From Balanoglossus misakiensis (taxonomy: Eukaryota; Animalia; Hemichordata), in NCBI GenBank assembly GCA_040954595.2, contig CM082578.2, positions 11,849,166 to 11,913,165 of the forward strand: DNA of 64,000 nt, in the 5' to 3' direction. The position numbers and the translations under genes are program-made. Under the pieces are notes generated by a model. The model was not told the DNA's origin. It saw only the letters and a list, made by a program, of their open reading frames with translations, and searched no databases. Shown one piece after another: positions 60,275-64,000 of the stretch; within the stretch, counting starts at the first letter, position 1, and the number at the start of each line of letters is the position of its first letter.

Positions 60275-63200
60275 AATGGGGCATTTACGGTCGACCGCGG
60301 TGGCCACTAAACGCGCGCTCCATAACCTTTCAGGGTTAATCAAGGTCACTCACAGTATATGTATATGCACAATACATTAAAAAAATAGATTTATGGGAGT
60401 TGGATTTTAAATTCAAGGTGTTGTTTAGTAATGCTGTGTAAGAAATCCCATGATCAAGGGGAAAGTAGTTCATAAGTTTTGGAGAATTTTTGCAGCATCA
60501 TGAGGTATCTTTTTTCTAAATGTGAAATCATCAAATTTAGAGAAAAAATCTGATGAAAAAGGCAGCAGCAGTAGAAAATCACTCTCAACACTTAAACGCA
60601 CAATCTCGTTGAAAGAAAGTTTTATTTTGTTTCTTAGTAATGATTGTAATCTTCATCATGTATTTCAGTATATTAAATTGCAAAATTTATCTTGCTTCCA
60701 TCAACTTGAAGATGCTTTTGCTTGCAACCCTAGGCTAACCTTTGCGTTTTTATAATTACTAGTATCACCACTGGTTCCTGTGTGTGCTTACTAACATTTA
60801 AAACGATTTAATTTACACTGAAATCGCTTGCCACACTCCAGAAATTGAACAAATCTGTTTCAAGCAAATGCGCGCGTACGCATCATGTATATGAACATAC
60901 ATGATTGAAACATACAATTTGTTGTAGTTCGCCACCAACGACAGAAACCGTCCTAGTTGGATCTCGAGATGATGGAGAACATGCAGGTACGTGTCGGGAC
61001 GTTTTCTCTCGTCAGTTATGAAGGAAATCATTCGAATATTCGCCCCAATATACAATTTGATGGCAGGTGTATGGTATAATAGAGGGACTGTGGTATTCCA
61101 AACGTACAGGCGTAAGGTTTGTAAAACGTAGCGCACTTATAAATGAATGCAAAATTGTAGTGTACACATCATCCCTATTATTTTGATGGGGAAGCGAGTC
61201 GGGGAGTTGGTGAAGCACACTCGGGGAGATGCAGAACTTGAGAAGCCAATTTCCCTTTCTCGTCAATGGATGCTGAAAGAACACCATGTCTAGGCCCGCT
61301 TTATCCCAATTTTCCGTGATTTAAACGCCAAAATTTAAGCACCGTTCGACTATATACGTGATGTTACAGTGGGGATTGTTATAGTTCAATGTCAAAGAAG
61401 TTGCAGTTGAACTATTGACTTTCCATCACCTTAATGTTTGTGGCAGGAACTGAAATATGATAACCAAAACCATGCATACCACACCGATACCAAAACCGCC
61501 CCGATATATTGCAACATTTAAAGTAATATTAACACGTAACCATGGATGTAACGTCAGCGGCATGATGCTGACATGATGCTAGTTTGTTCATGTGTGCCAT
61601 AGAGGGCGCACCATTGCTTTGGCTGAAATGTGAACTATTTTGTGTACATGTATATTATGTGAGCATATCCTGTTTTGATCACTTGTTCATCAATAAAAAG
61701 ACCAGTATCTGTAACTTTTATTCATAATTTCACTTTACATTTAACCGTCTTTGTTAGAGGAGTCAAATCTGAAACTTGGGTTGATACGTACATGGAATTA
61801 CAATACAAAAAATAAATAATCAACGCTACAGATAGTGGACCTTTTATTTAGTTAGCTACAAAACTGTTATGCTTATAACAATTATTAATGTTGAATGAAA
61901 TAAATTTATAGAAAGTCCAGCTAAAATACGAATCAACTTCATCAGCGAGTGCTTTTCCATTTCATAAATATAAAAGTACTGTACGTAGTGGTCAAGTACA
62001 TGTTGCATGTGTATGGATGTGCCAATCCCACATCAGTGTGTCACCTTTGATGGCATGTGATCGGTTGAGACACATGTTGATCCATGGTGTGATTTTCTGG
62101 GCTGTACAGTGTCTCTGAGTAAGCTTAAGGTCAGTGTTATGTAATAGATGTTGAACTTTGCCCAGTCTCTCAATTTACCACATGCATATATTAGGGGTCC
62201 ACCATTAGATCTTAGGAGGGACGTGGTTACCATATTGATTAAGATATGCAATTTTTTATTATTTTCTAGACATGATAACTAATATGGTGTATATATAATG
62301 CAGAAACTGGTGCACAGTCTGAAAGACATCAAGCCTCCTACCCCATAGCATCAACATTTGAATTCCAGACACCGCGGAAAAAGAGAAGTCCAAAATATTA
62401 TAAAAGATGAAAAGGTAATGTCCAATCTAGTAACCGTGGTCCAATGGAGCAGGTAGGGAAAAATATATTAAATGCCATCAACGCGACATCAATGTCATCT
62501 TCTCAACCCCCTTCCCATATGAAATGGTCCACCCTGACTCAAATTAGCAAAAAAATATTTTGAGTTTTGTAAATAATTTTGGTGTACAATAGTAGGTCTG
62601 ACATATTTTTCACCAATGATTTTCATCCAGCTTTTTAACTATTTCTGACCACCTCGTTATTATAGTGTGGATCCCTTAGTGAATAGTCAAACAAAATGTC
62701 ATGGGAAGGGGGGGGGGGGGGGTAATAGTTTATTGAACTTTGTGTATAGCCAATCTTGTTTATCCTGGTATTGAACAAACAAACTGCACATGTTGTGCCT
62801 TATGTCAAGTTCACATTGTCGCACTCTGTTATGTGGCATAGGTTAAGAAAAGGGGTCAGAGGAAAGAGGTAGTCTGGTAACAACTGTACTTGGAGAATAT
62901 ATCTACACAGAGGTTAGTGTGTAATGATCATGGTTAAATTCAAAATTATAGAGACCTGAGTAACAGCCTGGTGTTTATATTAGTTAGTAAAAGCAACACT
63001 TTATGGAATCGTTTTCATTTGACCTGTTGTTAATTTACATGCCTGCAACTTTCAAGTGAGATAAAACAGTTATACATTATCCTTAATCCCAGATTGGATG
63101 TACTTGCTAAAAGTGTAGAAGACTGAGCTATTGATTTGAAATGAGAAATACTTTATATGAAATGTTATAGTAAAGTCACAAGTGACAGAAATGACTACAT

Positions 63201-63329
63201 GACGTCATGGTTGATGACGTGTTATGTAGTCATTTCAGCCAGTATTTGAGACGTCTTCTGTTTGTATTTTAAGGCGTATGTTTCAACTTGACATGTGCTT
63301 TGAAATATTGAAATATTGAATTTTTACAG

Positions 63330-63440
63330 AATAGGCTGCCGTGTGCTTGAGGCCGAAGTGGAAAAGTCAATTTGCACAGCAGAATAATATTAGGTCAACT
63401 CTCCAACTTTCCGTCCACCATGGATTCTCCAACCCTGCTG
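63330..63440 (+). CDS. Candidate first coding exon (5' UTR plus MDSPTLL) of a gene continuing beyond the window
   Basis: Acceptor TTTTTACAG| at 63329, Kozak CCACCATGG (ATG at 63420), donor CTG|GTAAGA at 63440/63441. All three frames contain stops upstream of the ATG. Confidence 0.4.
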
Positions 63441-64000
63441 GTAAGATACAGTCAAACTTGACAGTGTGTTTTCATACCATGTTTAGCTTTAACACAGTCC
63501 CTGTGATAGAGGGACTGTGGCTTTTACAAGATAATATGCTGCTTTGCAACAAAGTTGTGTTTTTCAAAGGTTTGTCAGATGTCTGTGTGATAACGCTAAA
63601 GAGTGGAGAGCGCCCTCTGTAGACTGTAACTTAGGATTGTTGAAGTGTGACTGCCTTGTCTTTTCAGGTAGTCTTTAAAAAAAGTTGTTCTTCGCACATT
63701 AAAGTACATATTTCAAGATAAAACATATAAGAATAGATGAGAGATTGTAGCTGGTAAGAGTCTAGTTGTACACATCCCCATGTATTTTCGTTTTACAAGC
63801 TCCTGTGAATGGAAATCAGTGAGGCTAACAAAATTTTGACTGACATTCTCACTAAACCTTGAAATCTTCTCGAAGAATATTTAAACCTTTGTGGTTGATA
63901 AACTGAGTGTTATTTTTTAACGAGATTTGTCTTTTGGTACAAATGTGGGATTCTTTAATTATTGGACTCTTTGAGCCAAACAGTGCGCTGAAGTTGAATT

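Noticed and set aside
60813-61287. Minus-strand ORFs of 91 and 107 aa upstream of PPP4R2
   Set aside because: No recognisable domain or supporting splice structure; more likely promoter-region sequence.

Overview
This is eukaryotic, intron-rich DNA from an invertebrate animal. The gene set and repeat style suggest a deuterostome such as an echinoderm or hemichordate (inference). Most ORF-track entries are exon fragments or noise, so I rebuilt genes by hand from splice sites and reading phase. Seven genes emerge: (1) the 3' part of a PCTAIRE kinase, CDK17-like (+); (2) tafazzin (+); (3) ANKRD16 (-); (4) a ~60-exon LRRK2-like ROCO kinase (+); (5) a secreted EPN-type C-type lectin (+); (6) a type-I membrane protein CUB-CUB-LDLa-EGF-EGF-CUB-CUB[PAN]-LDLa-TM (+); (7) PPP4R2 (-). 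A probable first coding exon of an eighth gene lies near the right edge. Small transposons: two TTAA-flanked piggyBac-type MITEs, two TAG...CTA hairpin elements with 9-bp target duplications, and L2-like LINE/SINE tails. Best leads: ANKRD16 ends in UGA-CAA-UUA, a classic leaky-stop context, followed by 71 open in-frame codons; a PAN/Apple exon is inserted inside a CUB domain; a 537-bp foldback sits in tafazzin intron 1; and PPP4R2 has a stop-free in-frame intron. Comparisons with human proteins are from memory and need a real alignment.
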